A stretch of 64,000 nt of DNA, taken from assembly GCF_018350175.1 (NCBI RefSeq), contig NC_058368.1, positions 97,094,001 through 97,158,000 on the forward strand, written 5' to 3'. Origin of the DNA: Felis catus (lineage: Eukaryota). Each line of letters starts with the position of its first letter. The stretch's first letter is position 1. Positions 24,753-37,351 of the stretch are shown piece by piece. A program made the position numbers and the translations under genes. The notes beneath the pieces were generated by a model that was not told where the DNA came from, did not search any database, and was given only the letters and a program-made list of their open reading frames with translations.

Positions 24753-25309
24753 CCTAAGTTTTTTACATATCAGAGTGGAGCTGATGCTATATACTTTGTG
24801 TTTTTAGGCATAGGAGTGATGTTATATGATTTGTTTTTAAAAGACCCCTCTGTGTACTATATGTCCTTTGAAGATTTAAAAAGGAAGTAGGCTGGGACAA
24901 GGTAGGTCTCAGATATTTTAGGTTTCCTCAACAAGCATCATCTTAATTGGAACCGAACACTTGTAAAAGAAATAGAAAAAGAGCAAGCAGGGTCCACTTT
25001 AATTCCATCTGAGAACATATGGGATGTTCTATAGAGGAAGGAATCTCAGGGCCTGAGGATTCATTCTGCACACTTCCTGGTAATTTCTTCAAAACACCTT
25101 GTCCATATTGGCCACTCCTCCAAGTCAAAACACCTTCCCAGTGATATCCCATAGCAACACACTTTGTATGAATGCTTGATACCATCCCCATTCATTTGCT
25201 TATGTCTCCCATCTTCCTACCAGAATGCCCATGCCACACTCAATGTTCAGAGTTCAACTCATGGGCTACAAACACTAATGACATCTTCTCTAAATAGAAC
25301 CACTTTCTA

Positions 25310-25581
25310 AACATAGTAAGATAAAAACAGGGAGGGAGGAACACCATACAAGACCCTTAAATACAGAGAACAAACTGAGAGTTGCTGGAAGGGAGATGGG
25401 TGGGGGAATGGGTTAAGTGGGTGATGGGCATTGAAGAGGGCACTTGTTGGGGTGAGCACTGGTTGTTATATGTGAGTGATGAGTCACTGGGCTCTGTTCC
25501 TGAAACCAATATTACACTATATGTTCACTAACTTGAATTTTAATAAATAAATTTGAAAATAAATAGTATTTTTAAGAAACA
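25310..25581 (+). mobile_element. Carnivore L1 3' end with 12-bp TSD
   Basis: gagaacaaactgagagttgctgga...ggtgatgggcattgaagagggcac; TSD aaccactttcta at 25298-25309 and 25582-25593. Confidence 0.93.
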
Positions 25582-26077
25582 AACCACTTTCTATTTTTTC
25601 CTCTGTCTTAAAACCCTATCATGTATACAATTAACACCAAAGAATGTAGCACTGGTTGGTTCTTAACTGGGCTAAGTTTACATTTCTTCAATTGTCCTAG
25701 AGTTCCCAGCACAGTGTGAATACATATTGGATGCACAATAACTGCTTGTTAATTGAGAAAGGGATTGATAGTAGTTGGCTTTGGTGGGTTACTGGTTTTG
25801 CATGCTGGTGAAATTTGTAACAGAGCCACAAATAATAGGGCTAATGCAATTAAAATGTATCTGCAAAGTTGGGTTCAATCGCTAATAAAAAAGACTATTT
25901 ACGTGTCTATGGCGTTTATGTATCTGTGCACATGCAAACATATTTTCCTTTTTTATTAAGGAAAACAAAGGTAAGCATAATGTCCCTGTCCCATATGCTT
26001 TACCTAGTCTACATTTTAATTTATGTGATTAGCCCTAACCTGTTCTGAGAACAGTAGTACTGAGGCAGCAGCATATA

Positions 26078-26235
26078 AATCATAGAATAAAGAAATCCAA
26101 GAACTAGAAAGAATGCAAGAGTTCCTCTGGTCCAATCTTCTTACTTCAAAAAGGGACACTGGAGTTCATAAGAGATTAAGGGACTTGTCCAAGATCAAAG
26201 TACCAACATCTGGAATCTAAGTTCTCTAGATCCCA
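26078..26235 (-). mobile_element. MIR fragment
   Basis: gagattaagggacttgtccaagatca. Confidence 0.65.
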
Positions 26236-27810
26236 CTTGAGAAACGACTCCCCATCAGCAGGTGCTAGGTACACCAGAGGCCTAAGGTGAGTACAATGAT
26301 GTGATCTTGGAGTACAGGTGTCCACCTGTTTCCCTGTGTCTTGCTGAAATGAGATACAGCAAAATCACCCCCACTGTCTGTTCCCAAAGACTAAAGGCCC
26401 AACCTGTGAACAACTATTTTGACATGCACAGCAAATATTTACAGGCCCCTTGGCTTTTCTACAGTCCTGGTGTAAATTCCTTTGTAGAAACATCTATAGT
26501 ACAAAGGGTATTACGCTAATCTAAATTGTCTGTTAATGTCCTAAGAGGTCAGCCCAAGTGGGCCAATTTAAATACAAATGCTCATTCCAGAGAAGTGCCT
26601 CATGTGAGAAGGGTTTCTGTTTTTGTTTTGTGTTTTTAACAGAACACTAATTAACATCAATATCTGCCTGTATCCACTGATTAGCATGCAGAAAAGCCAA
26701 CACCAATTAATACAACAATATGCCAACAAGCACACAGCACAGATAAGCCATATTAGGAAAGCATACGGCAAGAAGCTTTGAGCTTTGGCTCTGAAGGACT
26801 TCTGTTTCAGTCTCCCCCAGTACTTTTTATATTTTTTAATTAAGCTCTTCAAACGCACACTTGTACCAAATGTACCAAATACAGAGAAAGGGTAGGAGGG
26901 CAAAAATTCCAATAATCCTGAATCCCGTGCTTAAGACGTATAATATGCGCTTCTAAGGTGGAGCAGGTTTCTGATTGATTGTGTTATGGGGTTTTTTTCT
27001 TTGCCAGCCACCTGGGTGCTATTTAAATCCAATTCACTGACAGGGACTTTACACCACTTGCTTATGGGGTTCTTTTTTCTCACTCATCAATCACTCAAGT
27101 CATAATGAATAACAGGATAGTGGATCCAATGAGGAAGACAAGAAGGAAGAACAGAAAACAGGGAAGTGCCCTCAAGTTTGGACTTCAACTGCGTCCAACT
27201 TCTTCAGTCTTCCCTTTGGTCATTTCACTTTCATGTGCCAAACAAAGACTTTTTAAAGAATTTTAAAACGCGTTCCCTTAAGGGTTTTCTTTCACAATGA
27301 AGCCTTGCTTTCAACATCTCTTTTGTGCATGCTCCGTGGGACGCCTGGACGATTTCCAATGTTGCTTTGGCCTGTGGATTCACTGTTATATTTTCTTTTT
27401 AACAGTTTCTGTCCCAAACACACTACAGAGGCAGGTGACCCAAAAACCTTCAGTAAGGTGTAGTTTTAAGGAGAGTAGCCATGGGCAGAGCTACTTTATC
27501 TTCCAAGAACAGACACACAAGCCTACAGAAAGTGACCACCAGGCCCTGGAAGGAGGAAGAACAAAAACATCAGATTCAAAGGCTTCTTGCACTTTAGAAT
27601 GGGTCGTTTCCTCTCTGTTTTTCTTTTCTTTTCATTTCCCAGTCTGTGTACTTCCTGCTTTGGCCATTACTGGGATTATTTAACTCCCATAATTCCTACA
27701 AGATTTTCTCCTTGGTTACAAAAAACAGAAAGCATTGAAAGACAATTCTTTTGTGCCATTTCAGCTACTTCTGGGATATAACCATGCTTGGTCAGAAGTC
27801 TGAACATTGG

Positions 27811-28010
27811 AGGGGTGCCTGGCTGACTCAGGCAGTGGAGTGTCTGTCCATCTCTTGATTTCAGCTCAGGTCATGGTCTTGCAGTTTCTGGGTTCAATCC
27901 CGACGTTGGTCTCCACGCTGGCAGCGCAGCGCCTGCTTGGGATTCTCTCTCCCTCTCTCTCGCTCCCTCTCCTTCTGTCTCAAAATAAATAAATAAACTT
28001 TAAAAGAAGT
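27811..28010 (+). mobile_element. Can-SINE
   Basis: TSD aagt(c/t)tgaaca(t/c)tggagg at about 27796 and 28011. Confidence 0.93.
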
Positions 28011-28109
28011 AAGTTTGAACACTGGAGGTTTCATATATAACCTCTGTATTTTTCTCCCTTCAAGATTTCCAGTGGATTATTTTTAAATCTCTCTTGTTTC
28101 ACCATTTGA

Positions 28110-28575
28110 AGACCTGCCAGACTGTTTTCTAAAGCAATTACATCATTTTCATATCTACCAGCAATATATCAGGATTCTGATTTCTCTACTTATTCACCAC
28201 CACTTACTATCTTTTTTTATCATTTTAAAATTTGTTTACCATCTTTTTGACTAAGGCTGTCCTAGTGAGTATTAAATCGTATCTCACTTGATTTTCATTT
28301 GCATTTCCTTGATGGCTCACAATGTTGAACACACGATGTGCTTATTAGACATTTGTATACCTTCTTTGGAGAAATGTCTACACAGATCCTTTGTCCATTA
28401 TTTTCATTGAGTTATCTCTTTATCATTGAGTTGTAATAATTCTTTATATATTCTAGTTACCAGGATGTTATTAGAGATATGATTTGCAAAGCTTTTCTCC
28501 TTTTCTGTGGAGTGTCCTTTCACTTTCTTGATGGTATCCTTTGAATCACAAAAGTATTTTATTTTGTTGATGTCA
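28110..28575 (-). mobile_element. Old L1 ORF2 C-terminal fragment
   Basis: ttgcatttccttgatggct...cttctttggagaaatgtcta...ttttcactttcttgatggtatcctttga. Confidence 0.85.
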
Positions 28576-30065
28576 CAGATGCATTCTTGCCCCCAGGCTC
28601 TTACTGAACTGGAAGCAGCAGAAAGCCAGAAGTTCACCATCACACTACTCTTAGGTATCCACTTCTTAGCTATGAATCGCGTGAATGATTGTAAGAGAAT
28701 ATTTAAGAAGCACCCAGTTATCTTTTGAGCAAAATGTCAAGATATTTCACGTCTCCGGAGCATGGATTTTCTCCCCCTAAAACCTATATCTGAGGTCTGC
28801 TGATTATTGGAGTCTCCAGAAAAGAAGGACAAACTGAAGATTTCAAATGCAGGCCACAGAAGCACATTTGCCTGAAAGAGCTGATCCAAATAAGATCTGG
28901 TGGCTGTAACTACTGCCATTCAGAATGATGGATTTTATTCAGTCTAAAAGGGACTAGAAGACAGGAGATACTATTTTTAAAAAGCACTCAAAATGCAACC
29001 AAAAAGTTTGTTTCACATTGATTTTTTTGGTAAGGTTAACTCTGGTGCAATTTTCTTTAATTTAACTCAGTTAAATGAATTAGGCAGATAGCAACCAAAT
29101 AAAAGAATCGCAAAAACCAAGTTACTAATTTGACTTGTTTCAGCCGGTAGTGCTACTGAGAGCTTTTTCAACAAAGGAGAAAGAAGACTGGAATGGATTT
29201 AATGAGTCTAGGGTATGTGGGGTGCCAGGAATGGGTCATTATAGTTTAAAGTTGTCTCTCTGTAAACAGATCAATTCTCACCGCACTTGTTTTGTTAGAG
29301 GGAATAGGAATGAAGCCAGGTAGGGCTATAATCATTTGTTCTGCTGAATGACTGCAATATATCTTTTTTGTTTTTTCCCTTTCATGGTGGCCTTGATCAT
29401 GTCAGAGCCATACCTAAAAGTGACCACTCACAGGCTCACTGGAAGAATTAAGCCTACGAGGATGAAAGGGCCTACTGTATGCTCACTATGCAGGTAGAAA
29501 TAGCTAATTCAGTGCTGTTGGCAGATAACCAAAAAGAATTCCAAACATTTCTTCTGCCAATGGCAAAGATATCTAAGAAACGCTGTCTAACATCACCAGG
29601 AAAATGACTTTCATTAGACTGAGGGTTTGTTTTCCAAATACTTTTTAAACAAAAATGCCCTCTCCCTCCCACTGAGAAAAAAAAAATAATAATGTGAACA
29701 GATTAAGCTACTTATTCAGTTCTGTAATTCTATCCTCATCTTTCAAAACACAGTCTAGGGGGTACTTTCGGGGGTGAAAGAACTTTCACTAGAATTGTAA
29801 ATGTGACACCAATAAGCATCTTTTACTTTTCAAAAAAAACCTCAGGATTTTTGGAAAATTGTGTCTCAACTTCTGGACTATGTTCACAAGAAAATATCAG
29901 GGCTATTGGCAAAGCAAAGATTGCTACATCATAGTATTAACACCTTGGATTTGTACAATTCTGCCAAACTTGAGTGCATTAGAGAATATTGTCTTGTCCA
30001 TGTACCCACGGCACTAAGACGAAGGAATAACTCTACCTGTCATAAAGACCCAGAAGCTGAAACAC

Positions 30066-30259
30066 AGGAGCACCTGGGTAACTGAGTCAGTTGAGCATCC
30101 AACTGGATTTTGGCTTAGGTCACGATCCCAGGGTTGTGGAATTGAGCCCTAAGTCGGGCTCCATGCTGAGTGTGGAGCCTGCTTAAGATTCTCTCTCTCT
30201 CTCTCTCCCTCTGCCCCCCTCTCCTGCTTGCACTCACTCTCTATCTAAAATAAAAATTA
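30066..30259 (+). mobile_element. Can-SINE (first of tandem pair)
   Basis: SINE body; outer TSD aagctgaaaca at 30054-30064 and 30492-30502. Confidence 0.92.
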
Positions 30260-30260
30260 A

Positions 30261-30470
30261 GGGTGCCTGGGTGGCTCAGTCGGCTGAGCGTCTGACTCTG
30301 GATTTTGGCCCAGGTCATGGTCTTCCGGTTCATGGGTTCGAGCCTTGCATCAGGCCAACTGTTGACAGCATGTAGTCTGCTTGAGAATCTCTGTCTTCCT
30401 CTCTCTCAGATCCTCCCTCACTTGTGCCTCTCTCTCAAAATAAATAAATAAACTTAAAAAAAAAAAAAGA
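30261..30470 (+). mobile_element. Can-SINE inserted in the preceding SINE tail
   Basis: gggtgcctgggtggctcagtcgg...caaaataaataaataaac. Confidence 0.94.
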
Positions 30471-30731
30471 AAACTAGAATTTAAAAAAATAAAGCTGAAA
30501 CAGACTATTTCAACAACACAAATAGTGACTCTTTGATTGCTTTACCCTTGCTCTTTCTAGACTTCCTGACTTCCACACATTACCCTTCCCTGCTGCTTCT
30601 CCCCTCCAACCCCTCAGATAAACTTACTCAGAGTCCAGACAAACTCACCAAGCTCTAAGATTGCTGTTTCTATCTCTACAATTGTCAGCTAAAGGGCCCA
30701 GAGATCTACAGTCAGTAAACAACCCCCTACC

Positions 30732-30732
<1 letters not shown>

Positions 30733-30780
<48 letters not shown>

Positions 30781-30794
30781 ACACACACACACAC
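30733..30794. repeat. (CA)n microsatellite
   Basis: Direct. Confidence 0.95.
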
Positions 30795-31065
30795 GTTACT
30801 TTCTACTATCCCTCCCAGAAACGGCCCCTCTGCCATAATCACATGTCTTTCTTCTGTTCTGTATCATAACTGGGCACACCAAAAAGTTATCCCAGGGAGG
30901 AAGAAAGAGTTTAGAATCTGTGGTAGTGCTCGACTTGCTGTGACATCTTCTGGGAAGCACATTTCCACCCACACACACATGCCTATGCTTGGTCCTGCAG
31001 GGCTAGTGAAGCTTACAGGACAACTTTCCCAGAACCCTGTCCTACTCATACAACCAGTGAAGCTA

Positions 31066-31300
31066 TGTGATGAAAGGAGAAAAGCTCTGGACTCAGGCAA
31101 ATGTAGGTCTGAATCCCAGCTTTAACATGACTAAAGCTTGGGCAAAAGCCATTAATGCCCATTGGGCATAGGTGTCCACATCTTAAAAAGAGCAACATTA
31201 CTTTCACAGGTTGTGGTGAGGATGAGCAGAGGCTCTGGATGTAGAGCACTTAGCACTGTGACTGACACTGAGGCCTGGTACGTGGGGAACATGTTGCAAT
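31066..31300 (+). mobile_element. MIR
   Basis: gctctggactcagg...tgaatcccagct...ttgggcaa...acaggttgtggtgaggat...gcacttagcac. Confidence 0.75.
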
Positions 31301-32689
31301 ATAATGGCTAAGGATCAGTGGATGGTCCCCAAGGCCACTGTGAATACATGAAACTATGCTTTTCAAGGACCTGCCCACAACTGTGGGCTGTGAGCCCCCC
31401 ACTAACTGTTCTGTGTCTAGGATCTCACCTATCTTAGGAAACCACCAAAGATTAGAATCCAGTAATTTAAAGCATACGATTGATGGTAGCATACCCTGAA
31501 TACAGGACCTTCCTTCCCTATTAAACTCGTAAAACTTGAGTGAGCAAACCTAAGAATATAGCGCATAGTCGCTGGTATTCCAAGAGGCATTTACTGGGCT
31601 TGTCCTGCACGCAAGGCACCTGCTTTCTGCTTCCAGGAAAACCAGGAGGGATAAGTGAATTTGCTTTTCTCAAGGAATTATAACCTACTGAGGCAGTTAA
31701 ACATACAGTCATATGCAATGGTGACAGACAACATGATAACACATTCACAGAGCCCCTTCAGAAAGCAGGGGCCCTTCCATGGGTCTTGCACAGACTTGTC
31801 AAGGACTGCCACTCAGAGGTTATACCTAGGGCCCAGAAGTAAAGCTCAGCAAAGAAGAGATACAAGCATGGATTCCTCTGGGTAGGGGGACTGACAATCC
31901 TCAGTCCCTAAACCCAGCCCACCTAACTGGACTTGCTGCTCTCCATGTGCTGTAAACCGGATGTGGGACAGCTGCTGGATATTGGTGTTCTCACACATGT
32001 GCCCTTCTTCGGTCTATGGGGACTCAGGAGGGCCCTGAGACACGTAGCCAAACCTGTTTTCCTTTGTAACCCTGCTCTCTCTGGGTATCTTGTAGGCCCC
32101 TTGTCCAGGGCCCTGGAGCCCCTTGCAATCATGACCAAGACGTCCACTTCCAACAAAGAATGGGTTTGCACATCCTTTGGAAAATCCAAGTATTGTATTG
32201 TATGAAGCAACAAAGTAAAAGCTGAGAGTACAAGGTCATTCAAGGGCATGGACAGGAACTGTGGGACATATGGGCCCATTTGGACAACTCAGACAGACAA
32301 TGAGCAAATCCTGACTGATGGTGTCCTGTGGAGCCTCAGCTCCTTCCTATCAGCCTGCAAGGGAGTTGGCTCTTCTTTTTCCACTCCTGGTGAGGCTGCA
32401 AATGCCAGCCCCAATCTGGACAGGAGACACGCCTCAGTTAGCACCCAGGTTAGAAGAGGCAGTGAGCAGCTCCTCTCTTGCCTGCTGAGGCACCCTCAGA
32501 TGGGGTCCCGGTTTACAGAGCGGCATCTGGTACCCTCTCATCACTCACTGCTAGCTCAACAGCCTCAGGATCCACATCCACTAGGCTGGAAAACTCCAAT
32601 TACACAGCTGGTGGCCCTGTCAAGAAATGGAAGCATCTTCTCTGGTTTCCCCCTCCAGTCCAGCCTTCCCCAGCCAAGCCCCCTCCCCA

Positions 32690-32984
32690 TCCCCATCATA
32701 CCACCTACCCACAGTAGCCAAAGATCCTTCTAAAGCAAAGTACTGATAGCTCCACTGCTCTGTTTCAAAAGCCCCCATTTCTCTGATGAGCTTCAGAATC
32801 ATATCCAAACCTCATGGTTCAAAGTGCAATGGACTTCATGACCTGCCCTCACCATACTTTTCAGCAATCTCCTGCCATTTCCTCCCTTCCTGTCCATGTG
32901 CTGGCTTTCATGTAGAAGTTCCTCCAGCCCCATAAGAATATCACTCATTCCCCCTATGTCTGTATTTCTGTCTCTGTCTCTATT

Positions 32985-33041
<57 letters not shown>

Positions 33042-33390
33042 CCTTGTGCAAACCCTTTCCTTTGAACATGACCCCCTCCCCCCATGCAGTACCAACCCCT
33101 TATCCTCTTGCTCAGCAGAACTTTCAGGGCTAAAATTAAATGTCAATTCCTCCTAGAACCTGCCTTTATCTGCTCCTAACACTAAGTGATGTACCCCTCC
33201 TTTGCATTTCCAAAGCACCCTATACTTCTCATAGATGATCATGCATTATACTATGTACTTGTTAATGATTTATGTTTCATTTATCATGCCCCACACACTC
33301 ACAACATAATACTATATGTTGGGTTCCTTGGAAGCCAGACTCTGCTATCCACTATTAAAGGCATATCCCTCAACCTACCTTAGTGCTTAA
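32690..33390 (+). mobile_element. L2 fragment containing a (TC)n microsatellite (about 32960-33038)
   Basis: cacagtagccaaagatccttctaaagcaaa; ctaaaattaaatgtcaattcctcct. Confidence 0.55.
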
Positions 33391-33405
33391 AACATAAGTA
33401 TGCTC

Positions 33406-33630
33406 GGGGCGCCTGGGTGGCGCAGTCGGTTAAGCGTCCGACTTCAGCCAGGTCACGATTTCGCGGTCCGTGAGTTCGAGCCCCGCGTCAGGCTCTGGGC
33501 TGATGGCTCGGAGCCTGCAGCCTGTTTCCGATTCTGTGTCTCCCTCTCTCTCTGCCCCTCCCCCGTTCATGCTCTGTCTCTCTCTGTCCCAAAAATAAAT
33601 AAAAAACGTTGAAAAAAATTAAAAAAAAAA
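33406..33630 (+). mobile_element. Young CpG-rich Can-SINE (SINEC_Fc)
   Basis: ggggcgcctgggtggcgcagtcggttaagcgtccgacttc...; TSD taagtatgc. Confidence 0.97.
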
Positions 33631-33688
33631 CCGTAAGTATGCAGTCTATGAGGATCTACGGAATAAGTGAGTGAGAAAAGTCAATCAG

Positions 33689-33899
33689 TACACCTGGGTG
33701 GCTCAGTTAGCTGAGCGTCCAACTTCAGCTCAGGTCAAGATCTCACACCTCATGAGTTTGAGCCCTACATCGGGCTCTGTGCTGACAGCTCAGAGCCTGG
33801 AGCCTGCTTCAGATTCTGGGTCTCCATCTTTCTCTGCCCTTCCCCCACTTGTGCTCTGCCTCTCATAAATAAATACATACATACATAAAACATTTGAAA
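33689..33899 (+). mobile_element. Can-SINE
   Basis: TSD agaaaagt(c/g)aatcag at 33674-33688 and 33900-33914. Confidence 0.95.
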
Positions 33900-34911
33900 A
33901 GAAAAGTGAATCAGCATCAAAAATGTATTCACTTTCTTAAACTAAGGTAAACTTGGGATAAAGAAATGATCCGATATAGCAACCAACACTCTTTTTTAAA
34001 AAAAATAAGGGAATGGAGCCCAAAGAAGTTAAGTGACTACTTGACTGACAATCAGGATCCCAGCTTGAGTAAACCTCGATCCTTAAATACCCCAGCAAGA
34101 GCTCATAAACACCAAACATTTTAAGAATCCACCATGAAGGGAATCATTTCTTCTTTGGGGCAGGCTCCTTAAAACTCTGGCCTCAAATCAGACTAAAATT
34201 CAGTTGCACACTGGCAGTGTTCCCTCCAGAGGAAAGCCCATCTTTAGCCCACTCTGCTGGGTATATCACAGAATGTAGAGACCCACTCTAAGGATTTCAC
34301 ACTGTTCTTTCAGTTTCCTCTCAGTCTACATTGAAAGAATGGGCATGAACAAGTACTACACCATCACAGTCCCCACAACACCCCTTTCTGGTTTAGCATA
34401 ATAAAGAGCAATGAGACATATCTTGGGCTCACTCCTCTAAGTCCTGGTGCTGATCTATTGAGTAACATATGCCAAGTTGATATATAATACTATTATCTGT
34501 GGAACAATAACTGACATAAATTCCTAATACCACATTTAGTTCCTGTGCAGATTTATTTTAATGGTAGGTTATAATCCAAATTGCTGCATTTGGTAAAATT
34601 GAGTGGATTGGATATTTTACAAATATTCCCTCTGCAAGGTGAACCCAACCCCCAGCTCCTTCCACGCTGCAGGGACATGGGAGCAGAGGGAAGTCAGGGA
34701 CACTGGGGTTGGCCAGAGGGTACACAGAGGCCCCTGATTGTTCAGCACCAGCTGGTTGAGGGGTCCCCCAGCAAGGAGTGATGTTCTGTTGGCCTTCGGG
34801 TTCAGTAGGAAGCCTTGAGTGACTGCCCTTCATAAAGTGACCCCAGCTCTTGCTCTGGCCTCTGGCATGGACAAGAATGAGAGTTAAAATTTATGATCAA
34901 TTTTTTAAAAA

Positions 34912-35128
34912 TTTTTTTAATGTTTATTATTTATTTTTTGAGAGAGGGAGACAGACAGAGCATGAGCAGGGGAGGGGCAGAGAGAGAGGGAGACGCAGAA
35001 CTTGAAGCAGGTTCCAGGCTCTGAGCTGTCAGCACAGAGCACGACGTGGGGCTTGAACCCATGGACTGTGAGATCATGACCTGAGCCAAAGTTGGAATGC
35101 TCAACTGACTGAGCCACTCAGGCACCCC
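34912..35128 (-). mobile_element. Can-SINE
   Basis: TSD atcaattttttaaaaa at 34896-34911 and 35132-35147. Confidence 0.95.
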
Positions 35129-36670
35129 ATCATCAATTTTTTAAAAACATGAGTTATGCTGTTTAATAACACATCTTTGAGGCTTTTCCTGAGTTCTAAA
35201 AGAAGCTGATTTCTACTCCCTGAAAGAGGCTCTCCCGGCTCCATGGTAAGGGTAACAGTACAGTTCCTTGGGGTCCCATGTGAATCAAGCAAAAAGTTCT
35301 TTGCCTTTCGTCATCCAATCACCCATGGTCACCCAGAAGTCAGCTTCCCTCAGGAGAGAGCAATGCTGGAAACACTTTGATGTGTCCTACTCCTCAACGT
35401 AGGAAGGAACAGAGCAACGTTGCCTCCAGAAATATCCTGAAAACACCAGATGTGTGAACGGGTAATATCATATTCAAGGAACACTCTATTTAGAGACAGA
35501 ATCTGTGCCAACTCATCAGTGACATAAATGTATTTTATGGAGAAAACAGAAGAATCATTTCTCTCTGGGAAAAAAAAATCATAAATAAACAAATAAGTCT
35601 GATGTAAAGTGAAGAAACATGACCAATGGTTCCAGACTCTTCTATTTTATTTATATCAACTGTTCCACATTCTCTCAAAGACTAGCTTCAACTAACTTCT
35701 TTTGAAAAATGGCTTTAAACTAGAGGCATGCATACTCTTAAAATCTAAAATAAGATTCAAATACATATGATGAAATTCCTAATTAACTAGAGATATCCCC
35801 CACCAATTCCTATTTGCGATGTCACCTGATCACATGTCTCTATTAGGGCTGCTCTCAGAAAGACACTGAGCCCTCTCTCCAGCCTTTTCGAAGTCTAGCT
35901 CTGCCCTGAAGAAGCTCTTTCCATATGGCCCTCCATCTAAAGGCCTTGGTTGGACAGAAGCCACACTGGTTTTCTGGTTCCATGAACATTACTTTCTCTA
36001 GGATCACTTTTATCGAATCAAGCAAACACAATTGCCTTCTGAAATGCTTTTTCAAAAAAATTAAAATGAAGAGCCCCAGAACACTGGTACATCCTCATTT
36101 AAAACATTGCAGATGTCACCTCTCCTTAAAGGAATTCTTCTCACGCAACAGAAAACAAAAGTTTCTTTCATCCTGACTCCCGACTCTGTTCTTACTTGTT
36201 TGATATGGAGGAGGATTTTGAGAAATTGCCAGTAAGGGACTTCTAAAAGCTATACTGTTTGCTTCCATGCTGGCCTATTCCGTGACAGGAACAGTGCCTT
36301 GTTCACCTTTGAACATCACACCTATGACACAATTCCAGAGCCTTTATACTTACTCAATGAATGCAACTGAATGTTGACTGAATGACTGTTCTTAATAAGA
36401 CACTGGATAGCCAAAGAGATCTCCACAATGTTTGGATAAGCAAGTTGCCATTCAGCCCCAAATTCCTGCCCAAAGGAGGAATTGCATTTACAACAGCATG
36501 CCTTCTCTGTGAGTTTGGGTGACAAGAAGTTATTTCACTATTTGGATCTGACTCCCTTGCTCTGGAAAATCCAAGTGCTTACATGGAACTGAAAGCACCC
36601 TCCCTGAAATATCCCATTGATTTCATACAAATTAGGCTTGAAATCCACATCTTGGAGGCTATGCATTTTA

Positions 36671-36819
36671 TTTTATTATTTTTTATATGAAATCTATTGT
36701 CAAATTGGTTTCCATACAACACTCAGTGCTCATCCCAACAGGTGCCCTCCTCAATGGCCATCACCCACCCTCCCCACCCTCCCATCCCCTATCAACCCTC
36801 AGTTTGTTCTCACATTTTA
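36671..36819 (-). mobile_element. Felid L1 3' end with 17-bp TSD
   Basis: TSD ggaggct(a/c)tgcatttta at 36654-36670 and 36820-36836. Confidence 0.94.
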
Positions 36820-37099
36820 GGAGGCTCTGCATTTTAGCAGTAGAACACCACCTTCCTTTGCCTACTGTAAGAACTTGGATCTGGTAAAAGAATTTTGGGA
36901 AGGGTAACCAGGTAATAAGTTAATCTTCACATAAACCTCCCCATCCTTAGGAGGAACAAAATGAAACTGATGGGAACCTTCTTTTACTAAGACATGGGGC
37001 TTAGTAAAAGTATCACATAGGTGATAGTATCATATAGGTGATAGAGAATCACCTATGTTTCAAGAGTTATGCACAAGGACATTCTTCTTCATTGTGAAT

Positions 37100-37294
37100 T
37101 TTTTTTATTTATTTTTGAGAGAGACAGAGACAGAATGAGCAGGGAAGGGGCAGAGAGAGAGAGAGACAGAGAGACAGAGACACAGAATATGAAGCAGGCT
37201 CCAGGCACCCAACATAGGGCTCAAACTCATGAGCCATGAGATCATGACCTGAGCTGCAGTCAGATGCTTAACTAACTGAGCCACCCAGGCGCCT
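37100..37294 (-). mobile_element. Can-SINE with small internal deletion
   Basis: SINE body; TSD tcatt(g/c)tgaatttt. Confidence 0.93.
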
Positions 37295-37351
37295 CTCATT
37301 CTGAATTTTAGTGTGTCTAAGTCTTACCAAGTTGTTTAAAAACATTTGGCC

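Larger units (their letters stand above)
21116..24787 (-). mobile_element. Old L1 (L1MC/MD-like) 5' half, with later insertions
   Basis: tttcttgtagacaacatgtagttg; gcaggtctgctggaaatgaactccctc; ttgaaggataatttagctggatgtagaattctggg; tttcttgttgtaagattgaaagt. Confidence 0.8.

Noticed and set aside
30661..32733. 154-aa, 118-aa and 161-aa ORFs
   Set aside because: Partly (CA)n-derived; no homology or splice support; expected by chance in locally higher GC.
33406..33490. tRNA-like A/B boxes
   Set aside because: Head of a tRNA-derived Can-SINE, not a tRNA gene; the same applies to all SINE heads.
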